Source: Camelus ferus (Eukaryota). Taken from it: a stretch of 64,000 nt of DNA. Positions 34,101-46,500 of the stretch are shown here, piece after piece. The position numbers and the translations under genes are program-made. The stretch spans positions 3,908,001 to 3,972,000 of the forward strand of contig NC_045698.1 of assembly GCF_009834535.1 (NCBI RefSeq), in the 5' to 3' direction. Under the pieces are notes generated by a model. The model saw nothing but the letters and a program-made list of their open reading frames with translations. It ran no database searches and was not told where the DNA came from. How positions within the stretch are numbered: the first letter of the stretch is position 1; each line of letters begins with the position of its first letter.

Positions 34101-36360
34101 GAACCCTTCCTTTTCAGTCGAGGAGGATACTGATCAAACTAAAGAATGAATTTGCTCAGTGGCGTCATCACTCCGCTTTGTTCTGACTACATGTCTTGTA
34201 ATCTGTTTTATTTTATGGGTTAGAGAATCACTTTTTCTAATCTCCACTTCAGTCCATGGAGATGGATGGAATATCCACATAGAAAAGTTCATTTTGGTGG
34301 TGGGGTACATTTAGCAGTATGCTTAATTAGTTTGCAAAAAAAAAAATTGATACATGGTAAGATTCTGATTGGCAGCTTGATTGATGTAAACCATTACAGA
34401 TCTGGGAAGGGGGTGGAGTCTGTTCAGTATTCTCAGCATCTGAAACGGAGTCCACTCAGTGAGACCTGGGTCTCCCGTGCTCACCAGCTGTCCTCCCGTG
34501 GGACCTGTCAAGCCTTGACATCTGAGAGAGGCAGGTCTCTTCCCAGCCAGGTGGGGGTGACCCAGGGGAAACGGCCTCTGAGGCTGTTTTTCTGTCCCCT
34601 CCACTTTGGCTGCATTTAGCCTTCAGCATAGGAAGAGAACATTCTTGCCTGAGCCGGGAGCTTCTGTTAGAGCATCTTTACGACTCTGTCTCAATCAGTA
34701 AAACTGTGTTTGCAGAAGATCAAGCCACTCCTGCCTGGGAACCCAGGGGTCATAGCTTATCATCACCCAGCCTGTGGGCCCTTTAACAAGAGGAATGTCC
34801 ATTCTGCTCCAAGCCTCCCTCTCCCCATGAAGAGCAGACGTGCCAGCCTGGTCCTCGTGCTCCTCCCTGGTTTGGTTCCACCCGCCTTTCTGGTTTCCTG
34901 TTGTGGAAGCAAAACCAACCCTTCTCCCTGCTGCCACCGTACAGGAGTAGACATGCAGCGTCTCCCATGTAGGCAACAGAACAAACAAACACAAATCCCT
35001 GGAAAACACACGAGGCCGTCCTGTCAGGTTCTGGTCCCCGGAAACAGGAGCATTCCTTTCAGCCTCTCACTCTCAGAGGACAACCCTGCCAAACCTGACC
35101 TTGGCAACGACAGCAGACGCTTCAGGGTCCTCCCCATGCCTGACAAGCAGGGGAGGGAATGGCTGTTTTTCCATCAGGGAAAGATGAACTGTGGGCTTGC
35201 TAACCCGGACAGCCTCGTGTGCCTCCCTTCTGTTCTGTGTCTGTCGGTTATTTTATCCTTAGAACTGAACAAGCAAAGCCTTCTAAACACGAGACTCCTT
35301 CACCTGCCTCTCCAGGTAGCTTTTCTGTGGTGGCTTTTCTGAAATGCTTCTTTCTGTGTCCCTCTTTCCCAGGTGGAGCTTCCACTGAGAGGTGCCGAGG
35401 TGGACGCACCAGCGGAGACCACCAAACCAAACTGCAAAGAGCTGAACCTCTGCCACCACAGAAATGCACCTCACTGTTTGTTTTTTGCCCCAGCAGTCAC
35501 ACATTTTTTTTTCTTTCAATTTCCAGGGAGAATCCCGCACAGCTCTCAAGGGCTTTTATTTCTATTCTTTCTTCCCTCTCTCTCTCTCTGTCTCCATCTC
35601 ATATCTTTAGATCCATCTCTGTCTTTTTTTTTTTTCTTTTTTGACTCTCTTCCTATTCTGTTTCTGGATTAAGTCAGGTTCTTAGTCACTCTGACTCTGA
35701 TTCTGATTTGAGCCTGGCCACTCACATTCTCCTTGTGTGTGCAGGCACAACTGGGAATCTTACAGTCTGACATCTGATAGTTTCTGTCGGGTGGCAAATG
35801 GTACTGTATCTGGTGATTGCATGCGTGTACACCTGTGTGCACACGTGCATGAGTGCATTTGGCTTTTTGGCCATTTGGTCTTGGAACTCTGACAGCTTCT
35901 GGCATTTGAAACAGACGTCTGCTGGCCACCAGATCACAAGATACTGATTTTTGTAAGGATGATGTCATTTCTGTCCCTCTCCGCATCACTGGTTTATCTT
36001 GTCCTCTGACAATCGGGAGAATCTCTATGTTGCTTGTCTTTTCAGCATGTCTCCATGACCTCCAGTCACCGCGAAAGAGAACTTTTGTTCCCTCTGGAAT
36101 GAAGGAAGTGCCGTGAGTTCTGCAGATGTAATGAGCTAGTGAGCTTGTAGGTCTGCGTGATTTTTTTTTTTTTTTTGACCTGTGAGTGGAGTGATACAGC
36201 TGAGGCTTCTAATTCTCTTTTTGATTGTCGAAGTGGAAAAGACAGATTTAATAAAAATCCCTTCCTGTCCTTTATTAAAATCATGTGTTTATAGCTGTAG
36301 CCCCGTCTGGTTCCTCGGCCAGCTGGTTTATGCAGCGTCTCGCTCACTCTCCCTGCCTCC

Positions 36361-36397
36361 ACACACAGACAGACACACACACACACACACACACACA
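36361..36397. repeat. (AC)n microsatellite with a 12-unit perfect core
   Basis: Directly visible. Confidence 0.95.
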
Positions 36398-37579
36398 TTT
36401 CATGAAAACTGGCCACAGGAGTCTATGATTTTGTGCACACTCTAAGGATGCATCCTTCAGAAAGGCATAGTTCTTGACTTGACAGCCACAGCATCCTTTG
36501 TTTGCTGATATGACCTGTGACATTTTCATTCACATTATCAACAAAGGGAAGAGAGGCAGAGGTGGGAGGAAGCCGCTTTGCAGCTGTTTTTTATGTGGTT
36601 TGGAGAGCAAAGAAGAGACACAGAGGAGAGTTCTCCTTAATGTGTTGAGCACCGTGGCTGGCAGGGAATGTGGACAGACTAGGAAGCCAGGTTCTGGTAC
36701 GTCTGGAACATCCTGACTTCCTAAGAAACGCAAAGGAGAGATCTCTCTCTCCTCCCTCGAAAGCACGGGCTAGCCTCATGCCGACACACAGGTGCTCAGG
36801 TCATTCTGTGGAGTATGGGAATAAACTTTAAATTTGCAGCCCTAACTTAGCCCACAGTCCAGCTGGGCAAGGCGTGCAGAATGACACGCCACGACACGGT
36901 CGTCCATACACGCCTCAGAGCCCCACAGCCGGCCCAGGAGTTGGCCCCATTCTCTGTGTTTCTGAGCAAACACACACTGAGAGCTTCTCCCACCTTCAGG
37001 AAAAAAGGTGGGCTGTAAAATGTCTTGCGTTCAACAGGGCTTCTCTTCTGGTTAGGTTAGACATACGTCTAAGCATTTATATAAATCTAAGTGACATCAA
37101 GAATTTCCAGAAATTAAAATGATGAAAGTTGAACATCGAATGCCTCAAAACTGTCACCTTTTGCAGTTTTAGGCATTTACTCAAATCAGAAGGAAACAAT
37201 GTTTAGCCATGAGTTTAGTTAATGGTCTTGCTGAATAATTTGCAAGATGAGAAAGTTTAAAAAAAATTGACAAAGCAAGTTGACAGCACGGAAAAATAGC
37301 TGACAAAATTATTTTCAGACCGGTGTGATAATTTCAGTTTTAATATTTTTCTTTCCTCCTTTTTTAACAAAGCATAAGACATAATATTACTAACATATCC
37401 CAGTTTATGCAAGATTTAGATTTATTTTATTAAAATTCCAATTAATTTGTACTGCTAAATATCTTAGACTTTTATATAAAGCAAGCCCATTATCTTTCTA
37501 GCTATAAAATATTTCAAATTATATGTGAAAATTTTGTTAAAATTAATTGAATTGTAATGACTGATGCCTTTTAAAGAAA

Positions 37580-38660
37580 GCACGTTCCTGTGAACTGCTC
37601 AGAACGTTGCAGATAACAGGACGGTGACTGTAGGGGGCAGTTACAGAAGACATCGGGTGCGTTTATGTTTGTTCATCAAGGTGAAATCAGTGTAACTTTA
37701 TACTAAAATATAAATGGCTGGTTGTACCATCATGGAAAAGAAGGTAAGAAAAGACATTTTCGACAGTGTAAGGTAAGTGTGAAAAATATAAAGGGAATTA
37801 AGCTTGGGTTTATATCACTTACAAGCAATAAATTTGAGACGAGCAGTGAAACGTGTTTAAATTTTGACAAAGTTTGTTTTTGGTCAAGGAGTGTAATTAT
37901 AAAATGAGAAAAAGACTTGTAAAAGCGTGTCTGCAAATGATCGCATGGATGGCATAGAAAAGAAAAACCGGTATTTGGGTTTCCTTGCTGGTAAATGGCA
38001 CACGGACCTTGGAATATGCATAATAATGTACAGACTCCGCCTTTAACAGGCAGCAGCGCGCAGCTGCCCTGTGCCTCAGCTCCTCGCTGTCCTGTCGCCA
38101 CCCAGTTATGCGGTTCCCGCCCACGCTTTCTGCTGCACTCGTGAACTATCTCTGAACAAAATTCTTTTTCTTTCTTTCTTTTCTTTAAGCTAAAATCCCC
38201 AATAGTGATGGTTCCCCTCTGCGGAGTTTTGTTTTGCTTCATTCTAGACTGATTACTTCCTGTCTTTAAGTATTTACGACTTACGTATATGTATTGTCTT
38301 TTGTTCCAAGTTGATACCCCAGCCTCAGAATGGTAACAGTGTAAAGATGTCTTTTTTAACTCTCGGAAGGGCTTTCCTGTTGCTGGCTGGGTCCCACTAA
38401 AGGAGGCTTGCTGGACGTAATCGGGTCGGCTTGTCCTGCTCCAAGGTTTTAATTAGCTCGGCTGTGTGGTTGGAGCGCCCCTGTTGATTGAACTGACACT
38501 AAGGGAACAGGCTCATCAAAAGGTGGGACCTGCTCGCTGGGTTAATTAGGAATAAATAGAAAGTCGCTAACGTTAGGTTGGCCTTTGCAGTTTGGGTATC
38601 ACGTACGCTTGCCACTGGCTAGGGACCAGCCGGCAGGGCTGATGGCATAAATGGAAATAT
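37580..38660. promoter_or_regulatory. Repeat-free candidate promoter/enhancer region with a possible short exon
   Basis: CTCF-like actgtagggggcag at 37627-37640, TATAAA at 37709-37714, two consensus splice donors at 37744 and 37773, GC-box-like and CpG-retaining sequence at ~38030-38130, TAATTA motifs at ~38450 and ~38545. Confidence 0.3.
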
Positions 38661-40149
38661 TCTGGAGGTGTGTCAGTGTCCTCCCAACCTCCCCGATCCG
38701 CTGTCTTAGATTAGCTTTTGGTTCCATCCTCCTCACTTGGTCACGCACGTCCCCCGCCACATTGACGCCTTCGCTGCCATCAGTTTACCAGAGCTGTTCC
38801 ATTTTGCTGACTGAGCCTTGTCAACTGGGGTTTTCTCATTTCCCTGACACTTGTTTCAAGGCCTGGCTGTATGTGACATGCAGACCTTGAATCTTCTGGG
38901 AACTTCAAGAAACTGCCATAAATGACTAAACTCTGAGGTGCTCCTGGCCATTCCTACCACATAGACTCTACTCAGGGACTCAGAGCCACTGGTGAAAGCT
39001 GACCTTGGCCTGGGGAATGAGCCCTGCAGGCCATCACGTCTCATCCAGGACTGAGCCAGACTCCCAGGGCTCTTTTCAGGAAAGGATGACTTGGTGAAAG
39101 TCACCTGTTTAACACGAACCATCAAAAAAAAAAAGAAATTACAGAGGATGAAATGGACTCAAAGAGTGGATTTAATCATGATTAAATTTCTGTTTTTAAT
39201 GAGCATGTGAGAAACCGTCTTGTTTCTTCTTAATCTATTTCTAACACTCAATGTAACAGCCAATAGTTACACAAACTGGAATGAAAGTTTCTATAAATAA
39301 TATCTTGTTTCAACTAATCTCTCAGATTTGAGGAAAAAGAAGAAAAACTTTATGAAATTTCTTACATAAAAGCTAGGAAATGGTTAGCTCACTGAAGTAT
39401 TGTGATTCTAATAGAAAATATTTACGTGTATTAATTGTCTGTGTCTACAAACCTTTTTTAAAAATGATGCCACTGGTGAAATATAATGCAAGTAACTTTG
39501 CTGAATCTTTTTGCTTTTCCTGGTCCTGTAGTTACATATGTAGAGTCAATAACAGTCCTTTCTCCTTTCTAACAGAACATAATTTTAACCATGACCATGC
39601 CACAAATCCTATCTCACTAGCTATGACCAGCCTGCAGATACAGATCTGGGATGCTTCCTCAGATGTGGAAAGACATCAGGGAAGGCTTCCCAGGAATGCT
39701 GGCTGGTGCCTGCTCTGTAGCCCGAGGGATCCTGGCCTTATGATAGCAAGCATTGTCTCTTCCTGGCAAGGTGGGGGGAGATTGACAAATCTTGTATCTC
39801 AGAGAAAGAAGGTGCCTTTATTCTTGAAGATATTAAAGAAAAAACATAGTGGTGATGGATTAGATGCTTCTTTCTGTCTGATCTGGTAGATTAACTCACA
39901 AGTGCAATAAAATAATTTTGACAAATAACTATGGGTTGACAAAGCCTCATCAAAGAAGTTAATTCTTAGTCTCAATGGTGTATAGCTTTAGCTTTCTAAA
40001 CCACGTAATGTATTAAGAAGCATCTTTTCTAACAAGTAAATAAAGGATGGGAAGTAAAGCAAACCATAAAACTAACCATACACAATCAGAGGATCACAAA
40101 ATGGTGTAGTCAGTGCCACACAATAGAGGCTATGGTGCACTGCGTGGTG

Positions 40150-40589
40150 CCCCCAGCTTTTCACCCCTCCGTGCATGCATATCCCCCATGGCCTCATCAC
40201 AGACAGTCTGTACTTCCCTGACCCTTCTCTTTGGACTTGGTCATGTGCCTTGCTTTGCCTTATGGTGTATCAGCAGAAGTGACTGTGTTCTAATTCTAAG
40301 CCGTGGAAGGTCCCACACATTTCCACTCACCATGTCGAGTCTCTGCTATTGCCATTAGAACACGTCCCCATGGGTAGCTGCTCGCTTTTCAGCCTTGGCT
40401 TGAGAGTAAGGGGTGTGGGTAGACCTGGATCCCAGATCTGATACCTGAAGCAGAGGCATCCCTAACAAGCCCAATGTAGATCAACAAAACCCTGGAAGAC
40501 CCACAGCCATGTGAGAAAAGGTAGATAACTCTTGTTCCAAAGCCCTGGTTTTGGACATGGTTGTTATGCAGCAATAAGTAACTGATACA
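40150..40589 (+). mobile_element. MLT1H-like LTR
   Basis: 'ttggacttggtcatgtgccttgctttgcc...tcagcagaagtga' and terminal 'ggttgttatgcagcaata..taactgataca'. Confidence 0.85.
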
Positions 40590-41439
40590 GAGGTGGATAA
40601 AACTGACTACAAGGTGGGACTGTGGTGCCTGAGTGGCTCCTTGTTTTGCTATCTTTGTCTGTGAGCTCTCATGACACATCCCACGTTCAGAGACAAAACA
40701 TTTTGTACCCTGAGATAAAATAAAAAATAACAGGTACACTCTATAGGACACTAATCTAGCTGATAAAATGAAGCTTTCCTGTAAGTTACTGTCTCCTAAG
40801 TGGAAACAACTTTATCATTGAATATTATGATACCAATGTTTAAAGATACAACTATGAGAATGTGGAAATTACTTGAGAAAATTACCATTTATCCACCATG
40901 ATCAGACTATGAACTGATAAACTTGGTAGTTTTAATTTCCTACATTTTAAATACCTGGGTTTTTTAGTTTTTCATGAGTGGTCCATCTGCAGCCTAGACT
41001 CCTTCGTACCTCTTTGCAAACAGGCGATTTTCTTTCCTAACATATTTTGCCTGTGGTTGTCCTTCATGAAGAGTGCCTCCCACCGCCTTCATTAGCACGC
41101 TCTGTGCACCAGCACCCTTTTCCTTTTACAGCCTAGACTCCTTTCTGGGAGTCCATAGCCCTTCATACCTCTCTTAGCATGCGCTATTATTGTCCTGTGT
41201 CTACTGGTGTTTTGAATCGTATACTTTAATGCTGGTATGAGGATGTTCCCAGCTCACAACGGGGGCTCGGTGATGCTGAATTGCTTGCAAGGCTAAGCCT
41301 GGGGCACACCCTTTTAAGGACCTCTAACAAGACTGTAAGCATAACAATCCCATAAGAAGACATTTATCTCGTGCTCAAAGGTAAGGAAATACAAAGTTTG
41401 GCCAGGAGCTCAGAATCTGAACTTCTCAGGTCATCTGGG

Positions 41440-41605
41440 GTTGGATGCAATCAGGACAGTGTCCTTCCTATGAGACCTCAGTGGGCAAATGAGCTTCCTC
41501 AACGTGCCTTCTCTCCTTTTGTGGAAAGTGGTCCCTAATAATGACCTTCTACATCTGTTACAATGGTTAAGTGCAATTATCTTTGAAAAGTGTCTGGCGC
41601 CTACC
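41440..41605 (+). mobile_element. MIR fragment
   Basis: 'gggcaaatgagcttcctc..gtgcct...tgtggaaagtgg...taataatgacct...gttaa' follows the MIR layout. Confidence 0.5.
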
Positions 41606-43604
41606 AGGTCATTTCAGCGAGGGTCACTAATATCAGCCAATACAGATCCCTGCTGTTTGAACGAGGGTGGTTCTCTGGCTCGAGGACCAGCACCCAGTGT
41701 TAGCAGTTGTGGTGCAGGACCGTAGTCTCTTCTCCAGTAACATTCAGGAGACAGTTACAGCACCCCTAAGCAGAGATCCTGCAATCCTTCTTAACGGCAA
41801 GAAACCACGCTACGTTTTATAATGAGAACATCTCAGTTTCAAAACAGGAAGGTCTAAATTTAGATATTTAGAGTTCTGTTTTTACTCCACAATGCAATCT
41901 GAAATATTCAGAAGCAGTACCTAATACTGAAATAATTTAACATATGAGGTATGCTCACAGGTAATTTGTCTGGAGAACTGTTTCTCAGCCTCACAGACCT
42001 GATTCCATTTTCACTGTCTCCTGTGTGTTCAGGCAGGAGGCGGCACGAGCGGGGGCCGAGCGCCTGGTGCTGCAGCACCTCACTTCTCTGGGGCACCGCC
42101 TGTCCGTCTAGGATGGCAGGCAGGCCCCCTTCGCCATGGCGTGTGTCCCAGGTGAAGCACACCTTCTCTGTCTTTACTGCACGGTGTTTTATGAAGTATT
42201 TCCAGAGGATGTAGAGGCAAACATTTTCATGGTGTCCTTTTTTATTAATACAGCAGAAACACCCCAGCATATTCAAGTATTTGATCAAAGGATGATTATA
42301 AACCATGTGTTTAAAATAGCTGTGTATGAACCACAGTAGATTTTTATAGCATATTGGATATACTCGTATCAATCGAATGATTCTTACAGCTCCTTATTAT
42401 CAGTGAGATTCACTACCAAAATGAACAAAAGCCTTAGTGTTGTCCTGAACTCAATAGGGGAAGCAAAAACCAGAATGCTGTCTTAACGGCTTCTGATACA
42501 GCCCAGGACGGCTGTAAACGAAAACCAGCCAGAACCATGTGGAAGGAGCATTGGGCTGACCATCAGCTGAAGGGCTGTGAACGGGCCACCAGCAAGAAGA
42601 CTGAAGAGGTGACAACTGAAGAATGTCAGCAGTGACAGTCGAATCTGTGGCTCCAGACAGATGGACACGGCTAATGACAAGGAAGGAAGTGAATATGCTG
42701 CAGAGGCTGAGACATTAAACCCAATAGCCTCACATCACTGGCTGCAGACTTTGGGCCACCACTCAGATGGGCCGTAATCAGAACCTTTTCAGTAATGAGG
42801 TGTGTGAGATCACCTTTCAATTTTAATGGGAGCATTTATGTTCTCATGTCAGCTGGTGGTGATTCTTTTTCATGTAGAGAGACATTATTTAGGATAAACA
42901 GAAAATCATTTAAAAAATCCATAGGTCATCTACCCATTGTTCATAGATTGGTTAGTACTTGAATATTCTGTTTTAATTTAGGGCTTTTATTTTTTGAGTG
43001 AATTTTTTCTAGCTCATTCTTCATGTTACAAGATCAGAATGTAACTATTCAGAGTAAATTTATGTATTAGTAACTAGTAATTATAATTATATATATTGCA
43101 GGTTAATAAATAAAATTACTCTGAAATAATATATACAATTACAGTATCATTCTGAAGTAATATATAAAATTACATGTTGGCATATCAAGGGGTCTCTGTG
43201 TCATTTCACAAAATATCACTGAGCACAGGGTCGTGGTCATGTACTTGAGCGTCCCCAAGACCTAATAATGAACACTAAGAATTGTTGTTAGTATAGAGGC
43301 CTGTGATCTTCAGTTGCATTTGCTCCCTCCCTCACTTATCCCTTCAACAGAGACGCATGAGCTTCTGATACGTGCCAGGCCCTGGCTGGTGGTGATGTGA
43401 CCGTGAACTGGCAAGCCCTTCACTTGGGCACTGAAATGGGAAATGACAGCCCAGTTGGGCTGATCTGATCTTGGCATCTCTGCTGGGATTGGAAGCTGTT
43501 TTATAACGGCTCATGAGAGAGAGGAAGGAGGACCATTCAAAGTCTGGAACAAAGCCAGACCCCACATGATATGGCCTCGATTTCTTTGCTCCGGTTTTAG
43601 CTAG

Positions 43605-44490
43605 TGGTAAAGACCCTTTCTTTGACTACATTTTAGTCAGGCTTCTCTGAGCCCTCTTTTTGGCTGGGCCTCAACCTTGGCCCCCATCCTTGCTGCGTTT
43701 GCCTTCCCCAGTTTTGGGAAGAATCCTGCCAAGTCACTTTAAAGAGAATCCTTACCCTTGGTCCTTAGTATCTGGTCACCCTGGCTGCCTTCAGCAAGAA
43801 TCCTGTTAAGTTGATTTAGCAAGAATCCCCCCTGCCCTGATGTCTCCTCTCAGTAACTTTCCACCTGCTGGCCCCTTCGCTCTGCTCACTGGCCTGTGAG
43901 CCCCCACTGTCCTTACTGTATTCACAGTTGAGCCCAGGCTCTCTCCCTATCAACTGGAAAGAAATGCACAAGGTGAGAGCTGTGAGTTACGTTTCATTTG
44001 GGGCAAAATGAGGACTACACCCTGGGAGACAGGCTCTCAGAGAGCTCTGAGGAACTGCCCCAAAGAGGCAGGGGGGAGACAGTAAATATATTATTTTAGT
44101 GAAGGGGGATACACGCCATCAAGCACACATTTTGGCAAACATTGCCATTGGTCATGAGGAGCAAACATCTCCATTTATGACTTTACTGCCCTTCCAGACA
44201 TGAGAAGATGCAGGAAACTGGGCTCATAAAAGCTTCTCCTGAAAACGCTGAACTCTCTGAAGGTCTGTGCTGCCAGCTTTGCCCACATCACAGTGTCTCA
44301 CTCCCGATCTCCACCCTGAATTCCTTGCAGGGTGTGCTGAGGGTCGGTCACTGGTCATGGCCAGTGACTTCATTCTTGTAGAGCTAGATAGTGGGTGACA
44401 GGTTTCAGCTAGCACCGCCTATTGTGATAGCCTTGAATTAAGTCTTCCTTGCCATTTTTGACACATATCAGAATAAGTTTTTCTCTAGCA
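43605..44490 (+). mobile_element. MER31-like ERV1 solo LTR, split by a second LTR at ~43948-44414
   Basis: 'tttagtcaggcttctctgagccctct', repeated 'aagaatcc' blocks and 'agttgagccca..ctctctccc'. It resumes at ~44415 with 'ctattgtgatagccttgaattaagtcttcctt...tcagaataagtttttctctagca'. TG...CA ends with 4-bp flanks ctag/cttg. Confidence 0.85.
43948..44414 (-). mobile_element. MER41-like (laurasiatherian ERV1) solo LTR nested in the MER31-like LTR
   Basis: 'aaatgcacaa..tgagagctgtgagtta.gtttcatttggggcaaaatgaggact...ctctcagagagctctgagga.ctgc.ccaaagagg' and 'gaagatgcaggaa..tgggctcat' match recalled antisense MER41-like LTRs. Confidence 0.75.
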
Positions 44491-46409
44491 CTTGTCAACA
44501 AACTCAGGCCCTTTTTTCTGAATCTTAAATTAGCATGAGACTTACAAAGAGCCTGGCTAATTCAAACTGATGGCGTGAGAACCCATCACAAATCACCAAA
44601 CAGTGATGTGGACAGTCAGATGGCACAGTGGAGTGGGACTGCCTGAATCTGTGTGTGTCAGTGATGGGGAACAGCTGAGCATCGATGCCCACCCTACACC
44701 CAGCCCTCCAATTCCTGTGTTGTTTGTTACAAGGCTTTTTAGGTTCCTACATATACATTAGCCCACGCTTCTCTCTTGAGGTTTTAAACCCTGAGAGCAC
44801 AAGGGTATCTCCGTGAGACCTCACCCTACTTCTCCTGGACCGCTCTCAGGCTCTGTGGCTCCATCCTGTGGAACCGAGGTGCGATCCTCCTACATAAACC
44901 TCACAGGGAACCACAGGTGCGGCAGGACGTGGACAGAGCAAGAGAGCATCTCCTGTGCGGAAGGCCCTGAGAAAACCCTGCTGAGCCAGCACCCAACCTG
45001 ACTCAAGAGCAGAGACCACCTTCCCAGGGCTCACAGTGCCTGAGGATGGAGGGCAGGTCCCACCCAGTGTGTCCCAGAGAGCCTGGCCCAGAGTCCCGCA
45101 GGACACGGTGGTTGAAGGGCTGGCTTCTGCCAGTGCATCACAGCTTGCTTGGACCAGAACCTGGCTTGGAGGTCACAAAGAGCTGCAAACCCACAGGGAC
45201 AGTGTGGCCCTGCCCACAGCCTCCGAGTGACTGTCTCTGTCTAGGACCGACTCTGATGACATCATTGGAATAAGTCCATGATGCTCCCTTCCAGCAACTC
45301 CCTCTTCTCCCAAATTTCCTTGGCCTCCTTCGGCATCTCGTGTTTGGAAGAACATCTGGGGCACCAGTGGCAGAGTGGCAACTGTGCCCAGGCTTTGGGG
45401 GGGGGCAGCGAACGAGCAGAGAGACATTTCCTGCCTCTTCTGTGTCTGCTTCCTACACACAGGAGGCACCGGCTAACTGCATCTTTATTTCCACTTCTCC
45501 CACATCAGGCTCCAAGGTATCATTTTTATTAGCTTAATTTAAGTGTTAATCATTCTGAATTAGAAAAAAATACTTTCCCTTATTAAGAAGATAATTTTTC
45601 AATTAAAACCTTAAACTAGCCTTATAAAAATTAATCAGATAAAGTTAAATATATCTCAATACATTGCGTGAAGAAACCAACAATTTCTGTCTTTTCAAGC
45701 ACCACTATTAATAGGCCTGGTTAAACGTACATTTTACAGAGCCAGTGGCATGAGATACTCAGTGGAGGCATTAACTTTAGCACGTCTGTTATTAGAAAAT
45801 GTCTAGACCATAATGTTTGAAGTGCCTTTTTAGTATTACAAAGATAATTTTGGGCCGTGTTTTCATTTCAGTGCTTAACCTCTTCTACAGTATTTATTGT
45901 GTGGGAATTTAATACAAGCTAAGTACTTGTGGTGACTGTTAGTTTTTGATGACTTGAGACAACCCAAAGGGTTGGTTTTTGAAATTAAACTCCCAGGAAT
46001 CAGCCGTGTTACCCAATTACTAATTATTTCAAGACTATAAGGAGTCACAAGACACAGGCCGAGCAGGCAGAGGTCTGGGACACGAGCTTGGGTCTCACTG
46101 TTCCCAGATTAACATATAAAATCATTAAATAGTAAATAGAGACACATTTTCTGACCAGTAAGTGTGCATTTGGTTATGAAACACACCCATTTCATACCCA
46201 AATAGTTACATAAGTTCCATGTCATTTTCCAAGGGGCCATGCCCCAGAAAGGCCCAGCTTCTAGGTTTGTTTTCTGTCAGAAATCCTAGTCTACCGGCCA
46301 CATCCTACTGGAAGCAACCTGGAAATCCAGACTCTCTAAGGCCCTCAAGTATCGTTGATTTGGTGGCCAGCGTTCCGTCAGCACCTCATTTACAAGGTCT
46401 GACCTGTTC

Positions 46410-46500
46410 ACTCTCTATCAGTCTATCTGTCTATTATCTGTTCATCCACCAGTCAATCTATTGATCTATTTATCCCACCTGTATATATTTCCATCTCTGT
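46410..46500. repeat. Degenerate (TATC/TCTA)n low-complexity tract
   Basis: ctctctatcagtctatctgtctattatctg...tcaatctattgatctatttatc. Confidence 0.65.

Noticed and set aside
34710..35672. Overlapping ORFs and strong acceptor-like tracts (~35372, ~35526)
   Set aside because: No matching donors or recognisable peptide; the pyrimidine tracts are part of a CT-rich low-complexity zone.
38470..38490. CTCF-like gcgcccctgttga
   Set aside because: One G short of the core spacing on the reverse strand.
43120..43174. 24-bp imperfect direct repeat in AT-rich DNA
   Set aside because: Only two copies; ordinary slippage duplication, not an array.
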